Below are positions 8,379-19,021 of a stretch of 64,000 nucleotides of DNA, piece by piece (position 1 is the stretch's first letter; each line of letters begins with the position of its first letter). The notes under the pieces are model-generated. The model saw nothing but the letters and a program-made list of their open reading frames with translations. It made no database searches and was not told the origin of the DNA. The stretch is taken from contig JBAZXC010000001.1 in assembly GCA_041660065.1 (NCBI GenBank), forward strand, positions 8,535-72,534. Direction: 5' to 3'. The DNA comes from Parcubacteria group bacterium (lineage in GTDB: Bacteria > Patescibacteriota > Minisyncoccia > Moranbacterales > GCA-2747515). Made by a program: the position numbers and the translations under genes.

Positions 8379-8774
8379 TTATGAGCGATGAAGTTCATGC
8401 TTGTAAAGCATGGAGAGGGCAAAAAATAGTAGGGTCATGCAAATGATCATCATACTTCCAAAAAATATTCCGTAGCGGAAACACGCGAGGCCAACCAATG
8501 CAATGAAAAAAACATATGCGCCCAAGAGGGGAAGCATTTTTGTTTTTTGTATCATATAATAGCGACCTTGTGTGCGAGCCATGTATGCAACGATGATGCA
8601 AATGGCAAAGAGTTTTGCATAGAGAAGTACGGGTGAGATGTGATTGCTGATGATGCCTGGAAGAATCGTCTCGCCAATCAGTATAATGGCAATGACGAAA
8701 AGACCTGCCCGCATGATATCCATGAGAAACAAAAAAATGAGAGGATGGTGAAAAAATTTATGGATGCGCGTCAT
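8379..8774 (-). CDS. Small 4-TM membrane protein
   Basis: Hydrophobic ORF overlapping the stop of the upstream minus-strand gene. Confidence 0.7.
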   Translation of the reverse strand: MTRIHKFFHHPLIFLFLMDIMRAGLFVIAIILIGETILPGIISNHISPVLLYAKLFAICIIVAYMARTQGRYYMIQKTKMLPLLGAYVFFIALVGLACFRYGIFFGSMMIICMTLLFFALSMLYKHELHRS

Positions 8775-9874
8775 GGTGTTGACAGATAAGATTTAGAGAG
8801 TTCTTTTTTGATGGATGTGAGGCGTTGTTCCAATGATGTGTGCGTCGGTGCTGTAGAAAGTGTAATACGGGATTTTTCAATGGTAACGTGAGGTACATCG
8901 ATCATAAATTGATAAATATTTCCGGGGAAAGAAGTAGTCTGCTCAAACGGGATCGTGCAGGTATAGGTATTTTTACGCAAAAGCGCCGGAGATAAAATGC
9001 AGGTGTCAAACGCTGTGCGGGACAGCTCATCGACAATGATCGCGTTTTCTTTTGCACGAACAGTTGGTTCGATTTTATTGAGTTGGTCATGATCATAGAT
9101 GTATGTGCGATCTGCATCTCGTGCATAAAAGATCGTTCCAAACGGATGTGTACTGGAAAGATCGAAAAGGCGCGCTTTTTTATGCAGACCGCGTTCTTCG
9201 TTTGTAGACGATCGCACGTTGGCAAAGTTGTATCCGAGAGCGGAAAAAACAAATTCATCCTGGATGGGGTGTTTGGTATCGCCATCAATAACAAATATGC
9301 CATCATTCGATTTGACGAGTGTGCCGGACGCAAACCCTTTTTTCTCTTGAGAGACTGTGGCGAGGAGATCAACGGCCGAAGATGCAGGGATAGCAGTGTT
9401 TTGCGCAAAAAGGTAGGAATCAAAAACATTCTGGCTAAGGAGGGGGTAGAGTTTTTTGTCAGTGCTGCTGTAGTATGTCCCATCGATTTCATAGGTTGTC
9501 ACGAGATGATCGATATACTTTGTTGCGCCAACTGGTGCGAGGAATGCACGATAAGAATGGCGGAGAGAAAGGATGGTCTTTTTTGGAAGGCGTGGCGCAT
9601 CGTCCGGAAGTGTGATCGTGATATGCGCTGTGGTAAATTCGCCGGAAGCGGTCAGATCAAATGTTGTGCCAAATTCTGTAATGTACGGACGAGAGATCGT
9701 GTTTGCGAGAGAATCCACAGCAGAGCGAAAATCAAAAACGTATGTCGGGAAAATCATTTCTTTGGCAAAATAACCGCCGATAAGCAAAAGCATGCAAAAA
9801 AGACCAATGCGAAAAGCATATAATGTCAAGGTTTGTTTTTTGGTGAGTGATATTTGTGATTGTGATGGTTGCAT
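8771..9874 (-). CDS. Membrane-anchored surface protein
   Basis: N-terminal TM; GTLVKS..GIFVIDG..K.PI....F.ALGY.F.NV module resembles repeats of CPR surface proteins. Confidence 0.7.
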   Translation of the reverse strand: MQPSQSQISLTKKQTLTLYAFRIGLFCMLLLIGGYFAKEMIFPTYVFDFRSAVDSLANTISRPYITEFGTTFDLTASGEFTTAHITITLPDDAPRLPKKTILSLRHSYRAFLAPVGATKYIDHLVTTYEIDGTYYSSTDKKLYPLLSQNVFDSYLFAQNTAIPASSAVDLLATVSQEKKGFASGTLVKSNDGIFVIDGDTKHPIQDEFVFSALGYNFANVRSSTNEERGLHKKARLFDLSSTHPFGTIFYARDADRTYIYDHDQLNKIEPTVRAKENAIIVDELSRTAFDTCILSPALLRKNTYTCTIPFEQTTSFPGNIYQFMIDVPHVTIEKSRITLSTAPTHTSLEQRLTSIKKELSKSYLSTP

Positions 9875-9878
9875 GCGT

Positions 9879-11693
9879 TTATTTTATCTCATAGATCATG
9901 TCGCGCAGTGTAGACGTTGTCTTTGTGGGATATTTTTGCGGGATATTTTTATCAGAGGCGAGATCAAGTTGTTCAAGTGAAAAATAATATGCGGTGAGAG
10001 GATGCATGTGGTCACCAAGTACATCACGATAAAAATTGATATTATCTTGCGGTACGATGAGGAGTATGCGATCAAATGGTGTGCGATCGATCTTTTGGAT
10101 GTCGTAAGGGTTGAAAATATATACCGCGTGTCTGTTCTCCAAAAGTTGCAGTGGCAAAGTCATCATCGACCACCCATTGCCTGTGGAATTTTTGTCTACG
10201 AGGATGAGATCATTCGTGTGGAATCCTTTTGCCAGTGTGTGGACTTGGGGAAGGAGGGTGGTGTTTTCCGCATAGGGAAAAAAGAGGAAAAATGCAGGGA
10301 GATTTGCCAAAAGCATGATCATGAGTGCGCTGAAAACAAAGATTTTTTTGATCGTGTGATCAGTGCGGATCTGCGCAATACCAAATATGCCGATGAGGAT
10401 CGTTGCCGGCACAAGGGCAAAAGCAAAACGACGCAGCATCCACGGATGATCACTGCTGATCTGCGGAAAGAAGTAATACAAAAATAAGGGTAACATGATC
10501 ACAAATATGAGGAGGATCGGTCGGTATTTTTTGTGTTTTAGGGAGAGAAGTATCGTGCCACCTGTGAGTAAAAGCGGTATGAGTAATCCATACATGGTGT
10601 AAATGGAGAGGAGATAATAATACTTGTGGGCGATCTTTGCGGAGAGAGACGGTGCATCGCTGGCAATATCAAAAATGGCATGTGCGATCGTGATAAAAAA
10701 CGGTTGATTCATGATGAGGATCATAAATCCGACGCACAGAAGTGTCGTTACCGGGAAAACGATATGCCACCATAGATCTTGCATGAGGAATGTGCGTATA
10801 GCCTTTTTGCGCAGCGTGAGGTAGGAAAGAATTGCAAAAAACCATATGCCTTCAATGCGCACAAAAGGAAGAAGTGCCAAAACGGCAAAAAATGTATAGT
10901 AGGATATTCTATCTTGCTTGTCACGCAGTGATATGTAGAGTGCGATCGCACTCCATAAAAGTGTGCCAGCCAAATTTTCACTCAATGTAAATTTGGCAAA
11001 CCAACCAATGACAAAAGATGTCAGGAGCATCGCGAGAAATACAAGCACATAGCGATGACGGAAAAAAGATCGTGCGACGCATGTGATCGCAAGGATAAAA
11101 AGAAAAAGCAGGATGCTATTTGCAACGATCAATCCCGTTACGCCACAAATGCCAAAAAATCCGCCGAGAAATGCGATGTAGGGGAGAGAAAACTGTGTGA
11201 TAAGTCCGCCGTCCGGAAGATAATAAAAACCGGGAAAGTTCAGGGCTTTGCCACGGCCGTAAATATCAAAAAATGCCGTACTCTCAGGAGAGTGACTGAT
11301 GAGTTTTTTGTTTTGCGCCAATTGTATCGCAGCACCGGAAAAAGAGCCTTGGTCACGTCCTGCAAAAAGTGTGGGTACGGTGAAAGAAGCGACTGATAGC
11401 GTGAATAGTATTGCGATGATGATGTATAGCATGTACTCGTGTGAGGGATGGGGAAACTGTAGTATTTTCTTGTAAATAAAAAAAATGCATAATGCGATCC
11501 ATGCGCCAAAAATGCCTACTGGATAAAAAATGCCCAATATTGTTGCCAAAAGTGCGATCCATACATACAAAACAACCATGAGGATGATGGTTTGCAGAAA
11601 TGTTTTATCATTTTGTATGCAGGTATTTTCCACGTATTTATTATATCTTCTATCACATGTGTTGACAAATGTGGAGGCATCCGTGTCATCCAT
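9879..11693 (-). CDS. Polytopic membrane protein, GT-C-fold glycosyltransferase-like (start uncertain)
   Basis: More than 12 TM segments; GRDQG, LSE, R.E and DHPWM.RRF motifs. Confidence 0.7.
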   Translation of the reverse strand: MDDTDASTFVNTCDRRYNKYVENTCIQNDKTFLQTIILMVVLYVWIALLATILGIFYPVGIFGAWIALCIFFIYKKILQFPHPSHEYMLYIIIAILFTLSVASFTVPTLFAGRDQGSFSGAAIQLAQNKKLISHSPESTAFFDIYGRGKALNFPGFYYLPDGGLITQFSLPYIAFLGGFFGICGVTGLIVANSILLFLFILAITCVARSFFRHRYVLVFLAMLLTSFVIGWFAKFTLSENLAGTLLWSAIALYISLRDKQDRISYYTFFAVLALLPFVRIEGIWFFAILSYLTLRKKAIRTFLMQDLWWHIVFPVTTLLCVGFMILIMNQPFFITIAHAIFDIASDAPSLSAKIAHKYYYLLSIYTMYGLLIPLLLTGGTILLSLKHKKYRPILLIFVIMLPLFLYYFFPQISSDHPWMLRRFAFALVPATILIGIFGIAQIRTDHTIKKIFVFSALMIMLLANLPAFFLFFPYAENTTLLPQVHTLAKGFHTNDLILVDKNSTGNGWSMMTLPLQLLENRHAVYIFNPYDIQKIDRTPFDRILLIVPQDNINFYRDVLGDHMHPLTAYYFSLEQLDLASDKNIPQKYPTKTTSTLRDMIYEIK

Positions 11694-11760
11694 GTGTGAG
11701 AAGTTTGAAATTGTGTATACAAAATGGTAAAATAAAAGAAGAAATAAATATAAAAAGATC

Positions 11761-14229
11761 ATGCATCAAAAAAGTTTTATCCGATGGTATATCGGTGATG
11801 GTTCACGGGCGATGTTTTCATTGTGGAAGCAGTTGGTTTTTTTTGTGCCACGGCATTTTTCTATGGCGCTTTTGTTTCGTACGCTTTTTGCGCCATGGCA
11901 TCGTGACATCTCTCTCAAAACATGGCGCGGATTTAGTCCGTTACGATCTGTTGATCGACTGATATGGAATGTCTTTTCTCGTGTCATTGGTGCGATCGTG
12001 CGATTGGGTGTGATCACTTCCGGGTTGGTTTTGTGGGTGATCATTGGGGGCATAGGCTTTGTCACAGCGCTTGTCTATGTTTGCGCGCCGGGCGTTTTGG
12101 TTGTTTCTTTCGTATTGTTTTTTAGTGCGTTTCGATTTGTTGCTTTTGGGGTTTTTGTGTTTACTTTGTGTGTGATCTATGGCGCATACATTTTGTTTCG
12201 TACAAGTGGGCATATGCTGTATGAACGCATGAGCATGAAACAGTTGCATGAACAAAAATGGTTTTATCGTGTGTATGAACGCATCGGCGTAGAAGCAGAG
12301 GATATTCCCTATGATATTCTCAGTGACTTTCCCGCATTTCAAAAATTTCTCCTCACGAAAGACGTCACGGTTGAAGAGTTTGAATTGATCGTTGCATGGG
12401 AGATCGAACAACAAAAGCGTCGTGAACAAGATGCAAAACTTTTTTCAGAAGAAAAATTTCTTCGTCTGCGACCGATTGGTCTGCACTGGCATTTCGGATA
12501 TACGGTGCAACTTGATCATTACGCGGAGGATCTTACAGCGTATGACCATAGTGATTATGCACGGTATCCTTTTCATGGATTTGATCAGGAAATGGGATTG
12601 ATCGAGGTTGTTCTCGCACGACCACATGAAAACAATATCCTCCTTACCGGACAAGCCGGTCTTGGCCGACATATGATCATTCATGAATTGGCACGCAGGA
12701 TCCGCACGGGATATTTTGAACGAAGTTTTATGCGGTATATGCGCTTCATGCAATGTGATTTTACAAGCGTCATGGCACAGGCAAAGAGCAAAGGTGAAGA
12801 TCCGGAATTTATCGTGCACAGTCTGTTTCATGAGGCGGCGTATGCGGGCAATATCATTTTTGTGGTGGATAACTTTGAGCAGTATATTGATACAAATATT
12901 AGTCGCGGATTTTCTTTTACGACGATCATTGATGAATATGCGTCGATGGAATCATTTCGCATGATCGCAATTGCGACAGAAGAAGCATTTCATGAAAAAG
13001 TTGACGCGGATCAGATCGTGGGGCGGCATTTTGACGTGATCCCTGTGCATGAGATGGATGATGTGCATGCGATGAAAGTACTCTTTACACGCTTTTATGG
13101 TGAGACACATACGCCATTTACTTATCAGGCATTGCGACAAGTGATCACGGATGCGCAACGGTACACCAATACCGCGCCATTGCCGACGCGTGCGATCAGT
13201 CTGGCGATAGAAGTATTTTTGCAGTGGCAAAAGACAGGGGACGGGTTTATCACGGCACAAACTGTCGATGCATTCATCACACAAAAGACGGGCATCCCTG
13301 TGGGGAATATTGCACAGGAGGAACAACAAAAACTTCTTTCATTGGAGGACACTCTTCATAAGATGATCATTGGGCAGAGTGCTGCTGTGCAGACAGTTGC
13401 TGCAGCTGTGCGTCGCATGCGTTCCGGTATGGCACGACCCAACAAACCGGCGGGAACATTCTTGTTTTTGGGTCCGACGGGTGTGGGGAAGACGGAAATG
13501 GCGAAAGCGATCGCTGCGCAATATTTCGGATCGGATGAAAAAGTTGTGCGTATCGATATGAGCGAATATCAGGGACCGACAGCGGTGGATCGCTTGATCG
13601 GATCCAAAGAATTGAATCAAAAAGGCGCGTTTGTCTCTGCTGCGAAAGAGCATCCATATGCATTACTTCTTTTGGATGAGATCGACAAAGCAAATCCACG
13701 TGTTTTGGATCTGTTTTTGCAGATCCTTGATGAGGGTTTTGTGCATGATGCTTTCGGGCACAAAATCAGTTTCACATCGATGATCATTATCGCCACATCA
13801 AATGCCGGTGCACTCATGATCAAAAAGATGGTGGAAATGGGTATGGACCCGGCACAAGAGGAAGAAAAGATCGTCAATGGTATCATCGAGAGCGGAGTAT
13901 TTCGTCCGGAGTTCATCAATCGTTTCGATGATGTGGTGATCTTTGGTCCATTGGAAGGAGAAAATGTGCGCACGGTGACACAACTACTTTTGCAAAAATT
14001 TGCCACACGTGTTTTGAAAGAACAAAACATCGATGTGACCTTTGCAGATGGCGTAGTGGATAGAATAATTGAAAAAGGATATGATCATGTATTTGGCGCG
14101 CGATCGGTCATGCGATACATTGATGACGGCATTGCGGACATCTTTGCCAAAAAATTGATCGCAGGCAACGTCCATCGCGGAGAAACAGTGCATTTTGCGA
14201 CGAAGGATATGGAAGAGGTGGGCTCTTGA
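11761..14229 (+). CDS. ClpA/ClpB-family AAA+ ATPase with N-terminal transmembrane region
   Basis: IIGQ..AV, FLFLGPTGVGKTE.AK, RIDMSEY, LLLDEIDKA, FRPEFINR.D, FGAR; NBD1 degenerate. Confidence 0.88.
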   Translation: MHQKSFIRWYIGDGSRAMFSLWKQLVFFVPRHFSMALLFRTLFAPWHRDISLKTWRGFSPLRSVDRLIWNVFSRVIGAIVRLGVITSGLVLWVIIGGIGFVTALVYVCAPGVLVVSFVLFFSAFRFVAFGVFVFTLCVIYGAYILFRTSGHMLYERMSMKQLHEQKWFYRVYERIGVEAEDIPYDILSDFPAFQKFLLTKDVTVEEFELIVAWEIEQQKRREQDAKLFSEEKFLRLRPIGLHWHFGYTVQLDHYAEDLTAYDHSDYARYPFHGFDQEMGLIEVVLARPHENNILLTGQAGLGRHMIIHELARRIRTGYFERSFMRYMRFMQCDFTSVMAQAKSKGEDPEFIVHSLFHEAAYAGNIIFVVDNFEQYIDTNISRGFSFTTIIDEYASMESFRMIAIATEEAFHEKVDADQIVGRHFDVIPVHEMDDVHAMKVLFTRFYGETHTPFTYQALRQVITDAQRYTNTAPLPTRAISLAIEVFLQWQKTGDGFITAQTVDAFITQKTGIPVGNIAQEEQQKLLSLEDTLHKMIIGQSAAVQTVAAAVRRMRSGMARPNKPAGTFLFLGPTGVGKTEMAKAIAAQYFGSDEKVVRIDMSEYQGPTAVDRLIGSKELNQKGAFVSAAKEHPYALLLLDEIDKANPRVLDLFLQILDEGFVHDAFGHKISFTSMIIIATSNAGALMIKKMVEMGMDPAQEEEKIVNGIIESGVFRPEFINRFDDVVIFGPLEGENVRTVTQLLLQKFATRVLKEQNIDVTFADGVVDRIIEKGYDHVFGARSVMRYIDDGIADIFAKKLIAGNVHRGETVHFATKDMEEVGS

Positions 14230-14309
14230 TTTTTTGGATTCTTTTGGTATAGTGAGTAGCATTGTGATAGAAAGTTTGTGTTGAAAAATATGCAAAAGTG
14301 GAGGGCATT

Positions 14310-14696
14310 ATGTCTATGGGAACACAATGTTTCTTGGCAGAAAGAGGTCTTTCAGCACAGGAAAAAGATAAGAAGCAATTTTTTTGTACGCAGTGTCAAC
14401 AATTTCACTCAAAGTACAACGTGCGATATATATTCATCGAAGGAGGGAATGCGCACGCATCGTTTTTTGTTCCAGCAATGATCTATCCGATCTGTAGGCA
14501 GTGTTACAACAAGGTGAAAAAACAAAGTTCTTTGGCTATGACGTGTGTGTTTTTCGATAGGGAATTTCTGGCGTATCACATCACAATGCGTCGCGGAAGG
14601 TATCTTGTGGCAAAATTCGGCCATATGATCGAACTTACCGAAAAACAGGTTATGAAATACAAACAAGCCGCACAAAAGTTTATCACTGCGGCATGA
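14310..14696 (+). CDS. Hypothetical protein with CxxC...CxxC zinc motif
   Basis: CTQC and CRQC; GGAGG RBS. Confidence 0.6.
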   Translation: MSMGTQCFLAERGLSAQEKDKKQFFCTQCQQFHSKYNVRYIFIEGGNAHASFFVPAMIYPICRQCYNKVKKQSSLAMTCVFFDREFLAYHITMRRGRYLVAKFGHMIELTEKQVMKYKQAAQKFITAA

Positions 14697-14788
14697 GGGA
14701 CAATTATATATAATTGTCCCTCTTCGATTTTGTGGTTTTTGAAAAGAAAAAAGTCGTTTCCACGTATATCATTGTGGAAACGACTTTT
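14695..14788. terminator. Two hairpin terminators between convergent genes
   Basis: GAGGGACAATTATATAATTGTCCCTC and AAAAGTCGTTTCCAC...GTGGAAACGACTTTT. Confidence 0.75.
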
Positions 14789-14793
14789 GGCCA

Positions 14794-15114
14794 TCATCGG
14801 ATGGCGGCGAACTCGTCGCACTTTTTATGAATTTTGTTGAATGCTTTTGGGTCTGACGTGTCCAGATTTACAATATCAAAAATAATTTTTTGCATGTTTC
14901 TGGCGTGAGTGCTGTGGCCGTTTTTGATCATTCTGCAGATAACTGCAAAAATATATCCGATCAATTGGGCAACAGTATCCCGCGTCTCTTTTGAGACATC
15001 CTCAGTTATGCTTTGCAACAGGATCATTTGTATTGCTAAGTCATATTCCTCCACATAACTTTTACAGATGTCCCAACCATCACTGGGTTTTACAAATACA
15101 GGCTCTAACTGCAT
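14794..15114 (-). CDS. Hypothetical protein
   Basis: GGGAGGT RBS before ATG 15114; TTGACA / TATAAT boxes upstream on the minus strand. Confidence 0.6.
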   Translation of the reverse strand: MQLEPVFVKPSDGWDICKSYVEEYDLAIQMILLQSITEDVSKETRDTVAQLIGYIFAVICRMIKNGHSTHARNMQKIIFDIVNLDTSDPKAFNKIHKKCDEFAAIR

Positions 15115-15342
15115 GGCATACCTCCCATTGATAATTTGTGTAATGTCGCAGTGATGTAATGTAAAGATGACCACGACAATACGGTAAATTTTAGAGGGTA
15201 CAATTACAACCGTCCATTATAGCAAAAAAATGCAATTTTGTCAAGAGTGGCGTTTGAGCGGACAATGAATTGTCATAAGGGAGAAAGTGTGATACCGTGA
15301 AGGGAGAAAAATAGGATTTTTTGTATTAATTGAGAGATTTTT

Positions 15343-16545
15343 GTGAAGATTTTAATGATTGCACCGACGCCGTTCTTTTCTCATCGCGGGACGCATATTC
15401 GCATACTGGAAGAGGCGCGAGCGCTTGAGTACTTGGGACATGACGTGGCGATCGTCACATATCATAATGGAGATGATATCACGCGGTATATATCCACAAA
15501 GATCGATGTGCGTCGGATCCGTCGATGGCTCTTTTGGTACAAAAAAACGGAAGCAGGTGCAGATTGGCAGAAGGTGCTCTTGAATGTATTTCTCATCAAA
15601 AAAACGATTTATATGACGCGGACATTTCGACCGGATGTTGTCCATGCGCATTTGCATGAGGGCATATTGATCGGTTGGATCGTCCAGAAGATCTTTTTTT
15701 GGCGAAAGTTTTTGCTCGTGGCGGATTTCCATGGAAGCTTGGTCAATGAAATGCGTTCACATGGCTATCTCAGTATGCCACCGCTCGGAACGATTTTCCG
15801 CATTGTAGAGAAGTGGATCAATGGTATGGGAGATCGTGCGGTGGTAAGTGGGGAAGAAAATGTGTCACTTATCAAAGACGCGCGAAAAGATCATTGTGCA
15901 GAATATGTCTGGGATGGTGTGAATGCGCGTACGTATCAGGGATTGCCAGATAGGAGCACGCTACGCAAGAAGTATCACGTTCCGGTGGATGCATTTATTG
16001 TTGTATATACGGGAGCATTGATCCAAAACAAAGGTGTACAACATGTTTTGGATGCGATCGCATCGACACGTGAACGCATTGCAGATGTTCATTTTGTTAT
16101 CGGTGGGTATCCTGACGAATGGGTGCGTGCATTCATCAAAGAGCACGGATTGAATGACTGTGTGACGGTTATTTCTCCACTTAATTATTTTGCGCTTGCG
16201 GAAGTGAATAGTTTGTCCGATGTGGCAATCGATCCCAAAGACGCGCAAGTTCAGCAAGCTAGTGGAAAGATTTTACAATACATGGCAGCACATGTGGGCA
16301 TTATTTGTGCTGACCGTCCAACCAACCATAAATACCTCTCTCCAGACAGTGCGCAATTTTTGTCGACGGTTGATGCGTATACTCTAACAGAGGCGATTAT
16401 GCGGTTCTATGTGGATAGAGCGTTTTTGGATGTGTGTGCACAGCATGCATTTCGTGATGTGCAAGAGTTTGATTGGAGTGTGATCGGACGAAAGCTTGAT
16501 GAAATTTATCACAGTGATGGATTAACATGTAATTTAGGGGCGTGA
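15343..16545 (+). CDS. Glycosyltransferase family 4
   Basis: KILMIAPTPFF..RG, DVVHAH, VVYTG....KG, K...YMA. Confidence 0.88.
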   Translation: MKILMIAPTPFFSHRGTHIRILEEARALEYLGHDVAIVTYHNGDDITRYISTKIDVRRIRRWLFWYKKTEAGADWQKVLLNVFLIKKTIYMTRTFRPDVVHAHLHEGILIGWIVQKIFFWRKFLLVADFHGSLVNEMRSHGYLSMPPLGTIFRIVEKWINGMGDRAVVSGEENVSLIKDARKDHCAEYVWDGVNARTYQGLPDRSTLRKKYHVPVDAFIVVYTGALIQNKGVQHVLDAIASTRERIADVHFVIGGYPDEWVRAFIKEHGLNDCVTVISPLNYFALAEVNSLSDVAIDPKDAQVQQASGKILQYMAAHVGIICADRPTNHKYLSPDSAQFLSTVDAYTLTEAIMRFYVDRAFLDVCAQHAFRDVQEFDWSVIGRKLDEIYHSDGLTCNLGA

Positions 16546-18770
16546 TGTTACACAAAGTTGGCAATGACAACAATAAAGAAAAACAAGGGCAAAAAACGTG
16601 GAAAGAAAAATTCGCATTTGTTTTTGGGATTGTTGCAAAAAGTGTTTTTGATCTGGGGCTGGTCGCTTTGGTCGCTTTCTTTACGATTTTTTTATATGTG
16701 TATTACACCACGGTGCAACCGGATGCGTTGGTGCAACGAACGATCTCCGAGACGTCGATCATCTATGACAGCACGGGCGAGCACGAATTGTATCGCATGT
16801 ATGGCGAAGAAAATCGTAAAGTGATCGCGCATGATGATATCCCTGATTTTATGCGCAGCGCGACGATTGCCGCAGAGGACGACAATTTCTATCATCATAT
16901 GGGTGTGGATGTTTTTGGGATCGTGCGTGCATTGGAAAAGAATTTTATCGCCGGAAGTAAAGCGCAAGGAGGCAGTACGATCACGCAACAATTGGTGCGC
17001 AATACATTTCTCTCCAGAGAAAAAACGATCAAACGAAAGTTTATTGAGATCGTTCTCGCGATCAAAATGGAGCGACATTACTCCAAGGCTGAGATTTTGG
17101 ATTTTTATTTGAATGAGGTGCCATACGGATCGAATGCCTATGGTGTACAGGCGGCGGCACAAAATTTTTTTGGCAAAAATGCGCGCGATCTGACATTGGA
17201 TGAGGCGGCGCTATTGGCATCATTGCCAAAGGCGACGACGTATTATTCACCATATGGTAATAATATAGATGCGCTTAAAGAACGTCAGCAATCGATCATT
17301 GCACGATTGGGAGAACTGAGGTTGTATGATCAAGCGGCGATTGATGAAGCGCTAAAGGCGGACACGCTTGCGAAATTGCAGGAATTTCATGAGGAGATCG
17401 ATGCACCGCATTTTGTATTTTATGTACGCGAGCAATTGGAGCAGATGTATGGCACGGACGTTGTGCAACGTGGCGGATTGAAAGTGTATACAACGTTGAA
17501 TTATGATATGCAAAAACGTGCGGAAGAGGATGTGTCAAAATATGCCAGCAAATTACCACAATATAATGCATCCAACGCAGCACTTGTGGCATTGTCACCT
17601 AAGACGGGAGATGTGTTGGCGATGGTGGGCAGTGTTGATTATTTTGACAAAAAGAATGATGGTGAGGTCAATGTCGCACTCAGGCCACGTCAGCCGGGTT
17701 CATCGTTCAAGCCGATCGTTTATGCCGCGGGTTTTGACAAAGGATATCAACCGGAGACACTGCTCTATGATGTGCAGACAAGTTTTGGCAAGGATGGCAG
17801 TGGCAAAGATTATACGCCGCATAATTATGATGGACAAAATCATGGACTCGTTCCTGTTCGTAAGGCGTTGGCAGGGTCGCTCAATGTGCCGGCAGTCAAA
17901 ATGCTCTATTTGGTAGGCATTGATAACGCAATTGATTTTGCAGAAACGTTGGGCATTACAACGCTTACGGACCGTAAACGCTATGGACTCTCTCTCGTAC
18001 TTGGCGGTGGTGAAGTGAAGCTTTTGGAGGAAACGGGCGCATTTGCAGTCTTTGGCAATGATGGTGTGCGTGCACCGGTGCATGGGATCAATCGTGTGAT
18101 CGACGCATCCGGTAAAGAGATCAGTAGTGCTCCACAGTCGGAACGTGTGATCGACGCGGAAGTTGCGCGAAAAATTTCCAGTATTTTATCAGACAATGAT
18201 GCACGGTCATTCATTTTTGGTTCAAGTAGTGCGGTCTATATTCCCGGAAAAAAGGTGGCGGCAAAAACAGGAACAACACAAGATTATCGTGACGCATGGA
18301 CGGTAGGATATACGCCGGAGATTGCTGTGGGTGTATGGGTGGGAAATAATGACGGCACGTTGATGCGCGCAGGAAGTGATGGATCATTTGTTGCGGCGCC
18401 ACTCTGGCATACGTTTATGGCGCGCGAGCTTGAATCGTTGCCTGACACACAGTTTGAGCCATACCAAAAGATCGAATCACATATTCCCATGATCACAGGT
18501 AATCGTCCTGATGGTGTAAGTGAAGATGGGGGAAAGATCTATTTTAACAAAAACACCGGTAAGCAGATCTCTGCAGAAAAAGCGAGTAAAATGGATAAAA
18601 GTAAATTGGAGGAAAAATATGCGCAGTCGTACGGTGGTCACAGCATTTTGTATTATGTCAATAAAGACAATCCGTTGGATGAAACCGCAAAGCCAAATTA
18701 TTCTGACCCGATGCTTGCTTTGTGGGATGCGGCATTAAACGGAAGTAATAAAGATGATAATAAGGATTGA
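16542..18770 (+). CDS. Bifunctional penicillin-binding protein 1A (transglycosylase-transpeptidase)
   Basis: EDDNFY.H.G, GGSTITQQL, RK..E, RQPGSSFKP, S.N, KTGT. Confidence 0.95.
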   Translation: MMLHKVGNDNNKEKQGQKTWKEKFAFVFGIVAKSVFDLGLVALVAFFTIFLYVYYTTVQPDALVQRTISETSIIYDSTGEHELYRMYGEENRKVIAHDDIPDFMRSATIAAEDDNFYHHMGVDVFGIVRALEKNFIAGSKAQGGSTITQQLVRNTFLSREKTIKRKFIEIVLAIKMERHYSKAEILDFYLNEVPYGSNAYGVQAAAQNFFGKNARDLTLDEAALLASLPKATTYYSPYGNNIDALKERQQSIIARLGELRLYDQAAIDEALKADTLAKLQEFHEEIDAPHFVFYVREQLEQMYGTDVVQRGGLKVYTTLNYDMQKRAEEDVSKYASKLPQYNASNAALVALSPKTGDVLAMVGSVDYFDKKNDGEVNVALRPRQPGSSFKPIVYAAGFDKGYQPETLLYDVQTSFGKDGSGKDYTPHNYDGQNHGLVPVRKALAGSLNVPAVKMLYLVGIDNAIDFAETLGITTLTDRKRYGLSLVLGGGEVKLLEETGAFAVFGNDGVRAPVHGINRVIDASGKEISSAPQSERVIDAEVARKISSILSDNDARSFIFGSSSAVYIPGKKVAAKTGTTQDYRDAWTVGYTPEIAVGVWVGNNDGTLMRAGSDGSFVAAPLWHTFMARELESLPDTQFEPYQKIESHIPMITGNRPDGVSEDGGKIYFNKNTGKQISAEKASKMDKSKLEEKYAQSYGGHSILYYVNKDNPLDETAKPNYSDPMLALWDAALNGSNKDDNKD

Positions 18771-18784
18771 TTCACAATAAATAT

Positions 18785-19021
18785 ATGCCAGAAAAAATGT
18801 CTCCTGTCGGTCAATATAAATGGGTAAGAAAACCTTTTGAAGTGACGGAAGAAATGCGTGAGGGTGCACAGAAGTTGGAGGAAGAGGAGTCGATCCGTTC
18901 CGGCGACATTGGTCCGATACATGAAACAATGTGCCCGACAAAAAAACAAATTGCGCGTAACGATGCAATTTTGACAGAGGAAGGTAAAATGATAAAATCA
19001 CACGATCATGAGAACAAATAA
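18785..19021 (+). CDS. Small hypothetical protein
   Basis: Fills the gap between the PBP and DUF4012 genes on the same strand. Confidence 0.4.
   Translation: MPEKMSPVGQYKWVRKPFEVTEEMREGAQKLEEEESIRSGDIGPIHETMCPTKKQIARNDAILTEEGKMIKSHDHENK

Noticed and set aside
9083-9823. Long antisense ORFs (e.g. 246 aa here, 219 aa at 41221, 198 aa at 6594)
   Set aside because: Shadows of well-supported genes on the opposite strand, with no recognisable motifs
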